NCBI RefSeq assembly: GCF_009914755.1
Contig: NC_060928.1
DNA: 64,000 nt
Origin: the human T2T-CHM13v2.0 reference genome, Homo sapiens
Reading direction: 5' to 3' (one strand)
The translations under genes and the position numbers were made by a program. Each line of letters starts with the position of its first letter. Positions within the stretch are counted from its first letter, which is position 1. Shown piece by piece: positions 28,521 to 42,520 of this stretch. The notes below the pieces were generated by a model. That model did no database searches. It saw only the letters and a program-made list of their open reading frames with translations, and was not told the origin of the DNA.

Positions 28521-28919
28521 TGCAAATGGACACTGAATGTTCTATTGTTCACGATCAAACATAATAGAAAGATGAGTTCTATTAAAAGACATATGTTACA
28601 AGATACAAATTTTTTTTAAGATGCTGTTGTTGTTAAATCCACACCGACATGAGGAAATTTCAAAGTAGGTATTCATAGCCGTCAGGGTTTGACCAGGAAA
28701 GCAAGACTAGTATGAGAGGTATGTGAAGTATTAAGTGATATGTGAATAGCATGAGTGATACGTGACTTCTTATGAAGTCAGCCTTGAAGCAGTGATGGTA
28801 GAATTTTAATATTTTAATTCCAGAAAAAGCAATTGTAAGGATTAGATTTTCTATAATTGTGATAAAGTCTTTGAAGGGCTATTGCACCCCACTATCTGTT
28901 AGTGAGCCTAAAGCCACTA

Positions 28920-29297
<378 letters not shown>

Positions 29298-30217
29298 TTA
29301 GGCCCCAAGGACAATCTGAAACCCACAAAAACAAACTGAAACTCTCATCTCTTCTCAGTGCATCTAAAATCAATGACATGATTGACCTGCAACAGAAGCT
29401 AGAATCCTTTGCAACAGGGCTACACAGACATTCCACCTAGATTTTGAAATATCTGAAAAACAACAGGAATTGTCTATTGTACTTTACCAATAAGGTGGAC
29501 CAGTAGACATGTGACAATGTGTATGAGTCACAGTAACACCTGACATAACACACTTCATAGTGGAATGGCTGTAGTGTGTCTTCACTTCCAACTTTAAGAA
29601 CTCATGCAAATTTCTCTTACGAGCACTTTTCACATGCAATCACAAAAAGAAAGGAATTCTTGTCATTATAGTTATAGCTTACCTAAGACACAGTACAAAG
29701 TCACTACAGACTCCAGTGTTATTCTTCATCAAGAATATAAATGTCTGGAGATATGAGTAATTAAATAGATTTGATAAGGAAGATTTCTTTCAAAAGAATT
29801 ATGCTCTGAATCATTTTCCTAATTCTCAAGAGGAAGATATGACTAGTATGATTTCCTAAACCCAAGATTAGTGAAAGAGGCTTCAAATTGACGACTGATT
29901 GAGTTTGAAATACATTTGTGTATGTGCCCATGTGGTTGGGAAGGTATAGGAGTTAGGTCTGTGACTTATGTCTAAGAAAGCCAAAGTGACTAACATCAAC
30001 AAAGTAGAAGCAGGTGTCAGGAAATAACTGCATGGCCTTGAGACAGTTGGTCAAATACATAAAAATCCTGGAGGCCAGGTGAACCATAATAGTAGAAATG
30101 AAAAGAGATCCTGTCCTGAAACGGAGTCTTAGTTCAGAATTACTGACAAGAGGAATATAAAATGTGGATCCCTGTTCATGTGGCTTATTAGTGGAGTGTT
30201 TTAAATGAAAGAGGGGT

Positions 30218-30364
30218 TGTATTTGTTTTCTATCCTGTGTAACAAATTATCACAAAGTTAGCAGATTAAAACAACACCCACTTATTATCTAAGTTTCTGT
30301 AAATTGTAAGTCTGGGCATGGCTTAGTTGGGCTCCCGGCTCAAGGTCTCACACCACTGAAATCA
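30218..30364 (-). mobile_element. MLT1 (MaLR) LTR fragment
   Basis: tgtaacaaattatcacaaagttagcagattaaaacaacac...tctgggcatggcttagttggg...caaggtctcac is the typical antisense MLT1 3' end. Confidence 0.75.
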
Positions 30365-31164
30365 TTATAATATATTTTCGAATAGTCTCACAGATTTCTA
30401 AAATTTTATTTTCACAAAGCTTATTGCATAAGTAACTAAGTCATGGCTACTCAATTGAGGAGAACACAGCTAATCACAAGCAAAGAGCTTGACTAATTTA
30501 AAATTTCTGAGAGCTAACTTTGTAATCCAAGATATAAACTGATAATAATGTCACAACACATTACCCAATAATATGTTTTACAAGTAATATAAATAAGATA
30601 TTTATTCTTTCAAGAAATACAGCTCAAAATTTGGAGTTAACTGACTTTAGTCTAGGAAGTTACTCATGGAGATAAAGTTGGTTTATTTTTTTCACATTTA
30701 AAAAGGTGAATATGATTAATACCTCTGACTATATTTTGGTCATGTAGTGAAATTAGAACATGTACCTAGCAGTTGATTCAGGGTGTCAATAATACAACTT
30801 TTACATCACCAATTTATGCCCTAAAGAACAAGAGAACACATGCAAACTCTTCTGAAGGATATTAATAATAAAAAGGCACAACAAAGTGTGTACATATTTA
30901 ATTATATCTGTTGCCATGGAAGAGACTTCTGTGTATCAATTACATCTTCTCTATTATCACTTATTTCATAATATAAACTCTTATACAAATGTCTGTCTTT
31001 GCTTTTGCTATGATAGAGAAATATTACAAAATGATTCCAGCCTTGTAAATATTCAATACATAGTAATTTTAAAGAAAGATGTGTGTCAATATTTCATTAA
31101 AATATACATGAAAAGCAGTAAGAGTTTATAAATAGATATGTTTTTATATTTCACACTGAGGTAA

Positions 31165-31470
<306 letters not shown>

Positions 31471-31489
31471 AACATTTTTATGATTTAAA

Positions 31490-31790
31490 TTATTATTATT
31501 ATTACTTGAGACGGGTCTCGCTTTGTAGCCCAAGCTGGAGTGAAATGGTGCGATCTTACCTCACTGCAACCTCCGCCTCCCTGGTCCCAGTTCAAACAAT
31601 TCTCCTGCCTCACCTCCCGTGTACCTGGGATTACAGGAAAGAGCCACTATGCCCAGCTGATTTTTGTATTTTCAGTAGAGATGGAGTTTCACCATGTTGG
31701 CCAGCTGGTGTTGAACTCCTGACCTCATGATCTGCTTGCCTCGGCCTCCCGAAGTGCTGGGATTACAGGTGTGAGCCACCGTGTGTGGCC
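31490..31790 (-). mobile_element. Alu (AluS) with (TTA)n tail, tandem to the previous Alu
   Basis: Antisense dimer separated from the previous Alu by about 20 bp. Confidence 0.95.
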
Positions 31791-34700
31791 TAAATTTTAT
31801 TTTTGAAACTGGTTGTCAAAATATTTTACAGCTTTTTTCTTGTTTCTATGCAATTATCTGTACTACCTCTGTCATACCCCCCAAAATATATATTTTTAAA
31901 ATTTCTAATACTAATATTTGTAAATTTAGTTAACAAATGCTTTTTCTCATTTGTTCTTAGGCAGAAAATCTAGAATACAATAAATAAATAATCCATAGCT
32001 ACAAAATATCATGATTTTGAAATCTAGCAAAGGAGATAAAAACCAAAATAATATAAGGAACATGGGCAAATTACCATGAACATTATATTGTATCCTATAA
32101 GATTCAGAAGGTAATAAACTCTTCCACATGGGGGTCTCAGTGAAGCCTTGAATTTAAAGATGCCCTTTGAATAGAACATAAAACAATGAATCGATTTTAC
32201 TAAGGGGAGATTAGGCATTGCTGACAGTTGAGGTAGGATGAATAAAGCCATTGGAGAATTAAATAGGTTAACATTTGCTAGGGAATATCAAGAAGATGTT
32301 AGAGTTCAATTTCTTTGATCTTTAGAATAAATTTTAGGGAGTATGGAGGTACGACTCAAAAGGTAGTTGAACTCAGTTGTGGAAGTTTGGATTCAGCAAA
32401 AATTGGATGTATATATACATCTAAATTTGAGTATATAAAACAGATTGGGAGAAACACAAGAGACACAGGCAAAATGGAGATCAATTTTCAGACTATAGTA
32501 ATACCTTCCTATTAATTATGTGTAGGGTAGGGGTAGGAGTAAATCACTCTAAAAGAGAAAAATGATTTCTTGTGGTAAAAATAATGATGATAAAGAAGTA
32601 TATATGATAAGAGTGTTGGGTAATAATACATTGAAGTGCAAATGAAGATAGTGGAAAGAGTTTTTGCTCGCGTCAATGTTTCTTTATAATAAATGGTATA
32701 GTCCTTATCAATATATATGTTTGTATTTGCATGAGGCTTACATTTATATGTTTTTAGTTATCTCTATTGATATAGGCTCCTGTGAAGATATATTCAGTGC
32801 TAATCTTAAAAATTGCTTTTTGGTCACTTTCTGTGTAATTTGATATTTTTGAACTAAGTTTTTTTTTGTAATTTCCTAGAATTAAAAGCAGATATCAAAT
32901 ATACTATATTCTTTCTCTTTTTTTCTTGTTTAAGCCTCCATATGTTGTATCAAGCTACCTTTGGCAATGGAAATGTAATAGAAAATGGGTGAAAAGAGTT
33001 TTATAACCTCCCAACCACTCTACCAATTGACCAGAGAAAATCTAATTTTAAATATTTATATAATGAGGTTCTCTAAATTTTCCTTTCAACACAAGGTTGT
33101 GTGACTTAAAAATAAAAATAAACTAGCACTAAAACTTTGAAGATGGCTGCTAAGAGTTTTTTTCAAGTAAAAATGGAAAACTTTCAAAAGTATTAGGTAA
33201 CAATTTTTTAACAAAGTAACAATTACTTAGCAATATTAGGTAAATGTCATTCACATGAAAGAAAAATCTTCAAAAAATATAATGGTTCAAACCAAAAGAA
33301 TAGCAAAATAATTGAAAATTACTATTAGTATTGGAAATGCCTGGAAGAATTATGTCAGACTATTCTTTCATCCTGACCTAAAAGTACCAGAGTAACTTTC
33401 TGTACAAGGTTAGTGCAAGGACCATTCGGTGCCTCCCTGCCCACCTAGATGATTACAGAATTGCCAGCAGAGGTTGCTATTTTTGTGTAACTCCTGGCCT
33501 GCCCCAGAAGGAGCTATTAAATAGTCCCCATAGCAGGTCATACAACCAAGCTGCTGCACTTCACTTCAAATAGGCCACTTGCTCATAATTATTCCAGGGC
33601 ACATGGTGTTTATGCCACAGTGTAGAGTGGAATCAAAGTAGTTTTGTAAAGTGATTTCTACACTTGCTCCTAGTGGGGCTTAATTAAACACCAATGACTC
33701 TACAAAGGCTAAAGCATAATAAAAAATAGACTAGTGCTGTGCATGAAAGTGCTGAACAGACTGTTGTAGGCATATGTATAAACCACAAGGCTAAGATTTC
33801 CTTCTTAACCAGGCATAGTTCTCTCTACCAATCAAAACATATAAATAATTATCTCTTCTTTATATAATATCCTCAATCAAACGCTTGTTTGGCATTAAAA
33901 TATTTTATACAAATATAATCACTGTGATTATGTTTCTTTTCTTTTCACAACCTGCCCATGAAAATTTCTGAACACTTTATCTTTGCAATTTCATTGATTT
34001 ATAGTATGTATTTAAATCAAAAATGCCCTTAATAGGGCAAACTATAAACATCAACAAAACTAAAGAGAAAATATTTACTTTGGAAAACCTCAAGGGATAC
34101 AAAATATCAATGTTGTTTAGCTAACAATAAATAAAAATTGAAGATATATAATTGAAGATTGCATTGACTATGAGATGTCACATTGAATAGGATTTCTGAA
34201 CAAAGCAGTGTTTGGATTAAAAATAATAAACACATGTAGACATTGGAGACTCATGCCCTGAGGACTGGTGCTTTGATTTTTAAAATTTATTTTACTCAGA
34301 AGCAACACAAGCAGATGAGCACTATTTCTTAAATTTTAACTGTTAAAACTAAATATTTTGGTTCCTGTAATTCTCCTGTCCCTCATAATTCATATAATAT
34401 TTAATATTAAGTTTTTTTAATATACTATTTTCAAGTTTGAAAATTTCTCTCTCCTTTTGAAGTCTATACTACTGAATGCTCTCTTATAAACATCTGTACT
34501 ACCATCTACTGGAAAGGTACATATATATCAGAAATCATATTCTTATCAAACATTCTAAACAGAATACAAATAATTCAAAAAAATGCAAAAAACATTATTT
34601 TTATAATTAAAATATATCAAGTAATAATAATAATGTACAGATAATGATAATAACATAATAATATATGTTATAATAATGTAATAATAATGTACTGATAAAT

Positions 34701-36199
34701 GATTTTTTAAAATTTATTTAATGGTGTGTCTTTATAAATAAATAATATTTCAAATTATCAAGTGTCGATTGAGTATCTAGAAGAAATTCAGAAATGCAAC
34801 ATAGAGAACTATATTTGCAAGTCAGGATAGATAGATGGCCTCATTTTCAAAGACATGTAAACTTCATAAATTTATGTTTGTAGGCTCTATGGTATTTGTG
34901 TACATATCAGGAGAAAGGGAAACAGTGTGGAAGCAAGGAACATATACAAATGTTATTTTGTAGGAACACTGAACTTATATTCTGACTCCTGTTGAAGGAG
35001 TTAGCTTAAAACTGCTAGTTCTTAAAACTTGAACCATTTAAATAACATTTCTGATACCCAGAATTAAGTGTATAAGGAATTTTTTTTAGAAAATCACAGA
35101 TAACTGATATAAAGTTCCCATTATCTCTTCTTATAAGACAGGATAATTAGCAGAAGTTCTGGATAATAGTTAACTAGTATTTCATAAATACTTTCAGATT
35201 TATTTTGTGCCATTTATAGTGCTACTAGTTATTGCACTCCTTGGTTTACCAAAGTATGTTAATAATTGTGATTAAGTTCAGAGAAAATATTTAAGTCTGC
35301 AATGAATTGGTTATTTTTTTAACTATAAAAGAAAATCAGAGTTAAGTTTATTATTGTTCTCAATATATGCATTCAATGAGATGATGTATGCACTCTATGT
35401 ACAATTATTTTGATTCCAACAATAGATTGTTTGAATAATGCTGTAAAAGGTAGAAGCCATAAACAAAAGTACATATTTGTACTTTAAAAAGTACTTAACA
35501 AGTGATTTTTTTTTCTTTGTTCCTCCCTGTAGTGTTTTGTGTACTTTAAAAAAATACTTGCTTTTGCATAAATTCATCATATATTGTTTGGTGACATATT
35601 CTCATTTACCAGCATTTGGGAAATATATACAATACGAAAGAAATATTCTTTCCAAAAAATTACACTGAGGTTTTATTAGTAAAAAATATTGTGTAAATTG
35701 TCTTAAATGCTGATTACAGAAATATTATGTAGATAAGAATTTTAAATTAGCAAGAAAATTAATTACTTCTTCAAAAATCAGTGATGAAACACAAACATGC
35801 CAGGATTTTACCAGCCTACAGGTGAAGAGAAGCTCATTTTATATTGATACTTAAATTATGAAAGGTCTTAGCTTCTGATACCTCATGAAGTACATGATAC
35901 CTCATGTACTTCAGAACCTTCTCTGACATCTTCAGCACTATTAATGTTAAATATTTTGCAATAACAGAAAAAATAAATAATGGGATAATACGTCTGCTAT
36001 ATTAATGGTACTTTACAAATGTAAAAAAAAGTTGGTATGAAGAATATTGAATATTGTAAGAAGCATATAAAAAGACAATTTATAGAAAAAATCCAGTGCC
36101 TTGCAAATATGAGAAGAGAAGCTCAATTTTTTGGTTGGAAAAGAAGAGTAAATAAAGAAACATTTTATACTCAACTGATTTTGCAAAAATGTAGAAGTC

Positions 36200-36565
36200 A
36201 AGTAATAGTAAATGATGGTGAAGGAAATGAGAATCTTCACATATCATGAGTGATAATTTGGTGAAATTATGGATAGTTATACTTGATGATTTAGCAAGTC
36301 ACACCTGTATATTCATTCTGGAAAACTAGTGTACGGTTTCCAAAAAAAAAAAGTGTTGCATGGGTTTTTATTACAGCATTGTTTGAGTACTATAACAAGG
36401 AGACAATCTAATATGTATCATTAACAAGATGGTAAATAATAATACAGATGCTAACTACAGAAGAAAACGCATTAGTCAAAAGAGTAACTTAAACTATGTA
36501 CACAACATAAATAAGTCTTTTTAAAAATGAAATATCACTGAATATAAGTGAAAGGGAATAACATA
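36200..36565 (+). mobile_element. Very old L1 (L1ME-like) remnant, probable host site of the ERV-L
   Basis: tttattacagcattgtttg...gagacaatctaatatgtatcattaaca resembles a decayed L1 ORF2 end/3' UTR. Confidence 0.4.
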
Positions 36566-37007
36566 TTTGATGGTTAATACTGAGTGTCAACTTGATTGGA
36601 TTGAAGTATTGATATTGGACGTGTCTGTGAGGGTGTTGCCAAAGGAGATTAACATTTGAGTCAGTGGGCTTGGAAAGACAGACCCACTGTTAATCTGAGT
36701 GGGCACCATCTAATCAGCTGCCAGCAAATATAAAGCAGACAGAAAAACATGAAAAGGCTGGGCTAGCTTCCCAGACTACATCTTTCTCCAGTGCTGGATG
36801 CTTCCTGCCTTCAAACACTGGACTCCAAGTTCTTCAGTTTGGGGATGTGGACTGACTCTCCTTCCTCCTCAGTTTGCAGATAGCATATTATGGGACCTTG
36901 TGATGATGTGAGTTAACACTTCAGATACTTCCCTTTATATGTACATATATATTTTATATATATATACACACACACACACATATATATGTATATATGTGTA
37001 TATATAT
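36566..37007 (+). mobile_element. 5' LTR (MLT2A), 3'-truncated at its (TA/CA)n tract
   Basis: tgatggttaatactgagtgtcaacttgattggattgaa...; aligns by eye to 42986-43390 but lacks the terminal ...gactaataca. Confidence 0.92.
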
Positions 37008-38600
37008 GCATTTGACACTCCTGATTTACCGCTCATGAGAGGCAAGGAGTTTAATAACTCTATACATAATACCTTTGACCATTGGTGGAGAACCAAGGAA
37101 CATGATGAAGCTGCTTGGTTGCTCCTAAGTTTGGTGGACAAAGTGATGAAATAAAATGATTAACTCAGAGATTCTGTCTTCCAGCTTCAGAAGCAGATAC
37201 TGAGCCTCAAACCTAAGATTCCCCTTTGTGAGAGTTTTATCTCCCATAGAGAAAAAGCCGAAATTGTTGAAAAACACACACTAGCTGTTGTCATGAAAGT
37301 GCCTGACCTTCACCAAAAGGTGCAGACACAGCCTTGCCAGGTGTCTACTGTTAAAGTGAGGGGATTGATTGGAAAAGAATGGGACTCTACAATTTGGAAT
37401 GGGGATGTGTGGGAGGACCCCGATGAAGCTGCGCATACTGAGTTTGTAAACTTTGATGAACCTTTTTTTTGCCAGAAGAAACAAGTTCCCTAACCCCAGT
37501 AGTGGCAACATCCCCTCCCTGACTCCGGCTGCCATTGGCCTTCCTACTTTTGCCTGAGGAGATAAACCCTAAGCTGCCTAAGGCAACATTGATGCCCTCC
37601 CCTGAGACGGTTACCAGGCAAGATAATTTTGATTCTCCTCAGGAGCTACCCCCAACACCCTAGTTTGCTTCTAGACCTATAACTAGACCAAAGTCCCAGC
37701 AGGCCCCTAGAGGTGAGGTTCAGAGTGTGACCCATGAGGAGGTGTGCTACACTAAAATAAAATAAAATAAAAAACTGCTTGAGTTTTAGAGAACAGGCAT
37801 GGGAATGGACATTAAGGTATGGGATAATGGTAGAAACAACATAGATTTGGATCAGGCAGAATTTATTGATTTGGGCCCACTAAGTAGGATTCTGCATTTC
37901 ATGTTGCAGCTCAGGGAGTTAAAAAAGGTTCTAGTAGTTTATTTGCTTGGTTAGCTGAAATATGAATTAAAAAATGGTTCACTGTGAGTGAGCTGGGAAT
38001 ACCTGATCTCCCTTGGTTTAAGGTAGAGGAAGTGAACCAAAGCCTTAGGGAGATAGGGATGGTGGAGTGGATTAGTCACTTTACATATACTTATCCCAGC
38101 TGGGAGGGTCCAGAAAATATACTCTTGACCAACGCCTTGCAAAATAGATTTGTGAGGGCAGCACCTGCATTTTCTGAAGAGCCCTGCAATTGTTTTTCTC
38201 TGTATGTCAGGTCTAACAGTGGAAATTGCAGTCACTCAACTACAAAATTTAAATACAATGGGAATAACTGCATCCCGAGGTGGCAGGGGCCCAGTGGCAG
38301 CACACAACCATCAAAGACAAGGTAGGCATGGCTACCGTAATAAACAGCAGATGCAAAGTGCAATCAGAAGAGTCTGACTTGTATAGAGCTCTGGCATTGG
38401 CTAATTAATTGCGGTGTTCCTAGAAGTGAAATTGATAAGAAGCCTACTGCATTCCCACTTAATTTATACAAGCAGAAAACTTCTAGGTAAAATAGACAAA
38501 AGAGTAATTTAAATCATAAAAACAGAGAATTATTACCCCTCAATCTATTTCCAGACACGAGCCAGTTTACAGACCCAGAACCCCTTGAATGATGGGGAGG
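37008..38600 (+). pseudogene. ERV-L gag remnant (frameshifts and stops)
   Basis: Peptides VSTVKVRGLIGKEWDSTIWNGDVWEDPDE and PDLPWFKVEE...LREIGMVEWISH are MuERV-L/Fv1-like gag. Confidence 0.85.
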
Positions 38601-40226
38601 CTGAGTCCCATTGAAGAAGGACCCCACTACATTATCAACAATTTATGCAGTGAATCTTTGTCCCATCCTTCCCCAAGGAGACTTCTGGCCTTTTACCAAG
38701 GTAATTGTGCATTGGGGAATGGGAAATGATTAGACAGTTTGGGGACTACTTGACACTGCCTCTGAACTGACGTTGATTCCAGGGGACCCAAAATGTCAAT
38801 GTGGTCCTCCAATAAAAGTAGAGGCTTATGGAGGTCAGGTAGTTAATGGAGTTTTAGCTCACTTCCGACTTACAGTGGGTCCAGTGGGTCCCTGGACTGA
38901 TGCTGTGGTCAGTGCCTGAGTGCCAGAATGCGTAATTGGCATAGACATATTTAGCAGCTGGTAGAACCCCCATATTGGCTCCCTGACTGGTAGGGTGAGG
39001 GCTATTATGGTGGGAAAGGCTGAATGGCTTCCATTAGAGCTGGCTCTACCTACAAAAATTATAACTCAAAAACAATATTGCATCGCTGGAGAGATTGCAG
39101 AGATTAGTGCCACCATCAAGGACTTGAAATACACAGTGGTGGTGATTCCCACCACATCCCCATTCAACTCTCTCATTTGGCCTCATAGAGGACAGGTGGA
39201 TCTTGGAGAATGACAGTGCATTATTGTAAGCTTAATCAAGTGGTGACTACAATTGCAGCTGCCATACCAGATGTGGTTTCATTGCTTGAGCAAATTAACA
39301 CATCTCCTGGTACCTGGTATGCAGCCACTGACTTGGCAAATTTCTTTTTCTCCATTCCTGTCCATAAGGCCCACCAGAAGCAATATGCCTTCAGCTGGCA
39401 AGGCCAACAATATACCTTTACTACCCTTTTAGGGGTATATCAAAACCCCAGCTTTCTGTAATAATCTTTTTCAGACAGAACTTGATGGCTTTTCGCTTCC
39501 ACAAGGTATCACACTGGTCCATTACGTTGATAACATTATGCTGAGTGGAACCAGTGAACAAGAAGTAGCAAACACACTGGACTTATTGGTGAGACATTTG
39601 CATGCCAGAGGATGGGAAATAAATCTCACTAAAATTCAGGGACCTTTTACCTCAGGAAAATTTCTAGGGATCCAGTGGTATGGGGAATGTGGAGATACTC
39701 CTTCAAAGGTGAAGGATAAGTTGCTGCATTTGGCTCCTCCTACAACCAAGAAAGAGGTATAATGGCTAGTGGGTTATTTGGATTTTGAAGGCAACACATT
39801 CCTCATTTGGTTGTGTTACTCTGGCACATTTATTGAGTTACCTAAAAGGCTTCCAGTTTTAAGTGGAGTTTAGAACAGGAGAATGCTTTGCAACAGGTCC
39901 AGGCTGCGGTGCAAGCTGCTTTACCACTTGGGCCATATGACTCAGTAGATCCAACAGTGCTTGTGGCATCAGTGGCAGATGACCTAGCAGATCAAATGGT
40001 GCTTGAAGTGTCAGTGGCAGATAGGGATGCAGTTTGGAGACTTTGGCAGGTCCCTGTATGTGAATCACAGTGGAGGCCTCTAGGATTTTGGAGCAAGGCC
40101 TTGCCATCTTCTGCAGAACACTATCCTCCTTTTGAGAGACAGCTCTTGGCCTGTGTATTAGTCAGGGTGCTCTAGGGGAGCAAAACTAACAGGATATATG
40201 TATTAGTTATACATAACTAATAGGAG

Positions 40227-40278
<52 letters not shown>

Positions 40279-42160
40279 TTTAAAAGGAATTAACTTACAT
40301 GACCACAAGTTACTACAATAGGCTGTCTGAAAGCTTGAGGAGCAAGAAGAGCCAATACAAGTCTCAAAACTGAAGAACTTGGAGTCTGATGTTAAAGGGC
40401 AGGAAGCATCCAGCATGGGAGAAAGATGTAGGCTGGAAGGCTAGGTCAGTCTCTCCTTTTCACATTTTTCTGCCTGCTTTATATTTGCTGGCAACTGATT
40501 AGATGGTGCCCACCCAGTTAAGAGTGGATCTGCCTATCCCAGCCCACTGACTCAAATGTTAATCTCCTTTGGCAATACCCTCACAGACACACCCAGGATC
40601 AATACATTGTATCCTTCAATCTAATCAAGTTGACACTGAATATTAACCATCACAGCCTATAGCTGAGCTTTGGTGGAAACTGAACATTTGACTATGAGTC
40701 ATCAAGTCACCATGCAACCTGAACTACCTATCATGAACTAGATGCTTTCTAACCCATCTAGCCTTAAAGTGGGTGGTACACAGCAGAATTCCATCACCAA
40801 ATGGAAGTAGTATATATGTGATAGGTCTCAAGCAGATCCTGAAGGCACAAGTAAGTTACATGAGGAAGTGGCTCAAATGCCTATGTTCTCCACTCTTGCC
40901 ACCCTGCCTTCTCTCCCTCAGCCTGCACCAATGGCCTCATGGGGATTTCCCTATGATCAGTTGATGGAGGAAGAGAAGACTGCGGCCTGGTTCACAGATG
41001 GTTCTTCATGATATGCAGGCACCACCCGAAAGTGGACAGCTGCAGCACTACAGCTGCTGTCAAGGACATCCCCGAAGGACAGTGGTGAAGGGAAATCTTC
41101 CCAGTGGGCAGAACTTCGAGCAGTGCACCTGGTTGTGCACTTTGCCTGGAAGGAGAAATGGCCAGATGTGCGATTATATACTGATTCATGGACTGTAGCC
41201 AGTGATTTGGTTGGATGGCCAGGGGCTTGGAAAGAATCTGATTAGAAAATTGATGACAAAGACATTTGGGGAAGAGGTATGTGGGATGGCCCTTTTTGAG
41301 TGGTAAAAAACTGTGAAGATATTTGTATCCCATGTGAGTGCTCACCAGTGGGTGACCTCAGCAGAGGATTTTAATAATCAAGTGGATAGGATGACCTGTT
41401 CTGTGGACACCACTCAGCCTCTTTCCCAGCCAGCCCTGTCATCACCCAATAGGCCCATGAACGAAGTGGCCATCATGGAGGTTATGCATGGGTGCAACAA
41501 CACGGACTTCCACTCACCAAGGCTGACCTGGCTTTGGCCACTGCTGGGTGCCCAATTTGCCAGCAGCAGAGACCAACACTGAGCCCTCGATATGGCACCA
41601 TTCCTCGGGGTGATCAGCCAGTTACCTGGTGGCAGGTTGATTATATTGGACCTCTTCTATCCTGGAAAGGGCAAGGTTTCTCCATATCCCGAATAGACAC
41701 TCTGGATATGGATTTGCCTATCCTGAATACAATGCTTCTGCCAAACCTACCATCTGTGGACTCATGGAATACCTTACCCACTGTCATGGTATGCCACACA
41801 GCATTGCCTGTGACCAAAGCACTCACTTTACAGCTAAAGAAGTGCAGCAGTGGGCTCATGCTTAATGAATTCATTGGTTTTACCACATTCCCCATTATCC
41901 TGAAAAACCTGGATTGATAGACCGGTGGAATGACCTTTTGAAGTCACAATTACAACAACAACTAGGTGACTACTTTGCAGGGCTGGAGCAAAGTTCTCCA
42001 GAAGGCCGTGTATGCCCTGAATCAGTGTCCAATATATGGTACTGTTTCTCCCATAGCCAGGATTAATGGGTCCAGGAATCAAGGGGTGGAAGTGGAAGTG
42101 GCACCACTCACCATCACCCCTAGTGATCCACTAGCAAAATTTTTGTTTCCTGTTCCCACA
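38600..42160 (+). pseudogene. ERV-L protease + pol (RT, RNase H, integrase) remnant
   Basis: Protease LLDTASEL (~38745); RT motifs SPFNS, DLANFFFSIP and HYVDNIM (~39520, YXDD mutated); integrase CPICQ...WQVDYIGPL. Many stops and frameshifts; split by an LTR at 40154-40654. Confidence 0.92.
40154..40654 (-). mobile_element. Complete MLT2A solo LTR inserted antisense in pol
   Basis: tgtattagtc...ttaaccatcaca is the reverse complement of the flanking LTR type; TSD gcctg/gccta; internal (TG)n at 40228-40277. Confidence 0.95.
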
Positions 42161-42520
42161 GCATTACATCTTGCTGGCCTAGAAGTCTTAGTTTCAGAGG
42201 GAGGAATGCTCCCACCAAAAGGCACAACAATAATTCCACTACAGTGGAAGTTAAGATTGCCACCTGGACACTTTGCGCTCCTCCTACATTTAAGTCAATA
42301 GTCCAAGAAGGGAGTTACAGTGTTGGCTGTGGTGATTGACCCGGAGTATCAAGATGAAATCAGTCTATTACTCCACAACTGAGGTAAGGAAGAGTATACA
42401 TGGAATACAGGAGATCCATTAGGGTGTCTCTTAATATTACCATGTCCTGTGATTAAGGTCAATGGGAAACTACAACAGCTCAATTCAGGCAGGATTACAA
42501 ATGTCCCAGACCCTTCAGGA
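42160..42520 (+). pseudogene. ERV-L dUTPase remnant
   Basis: AGLEV...TTIIPLQWKLRLPPGHF and VLAVVIDPEYQDEI downstream of integrase, the position typical of ERV-L. Confidence 0.85.

Noticed and set aside
37008-42520. Domesticated ERV-L gag (Fv1-like) or active pol
   Set aside because: Fragmented by many stops and frameshifts; RT YXDD reads YVDN; protease DTG reads DTA.
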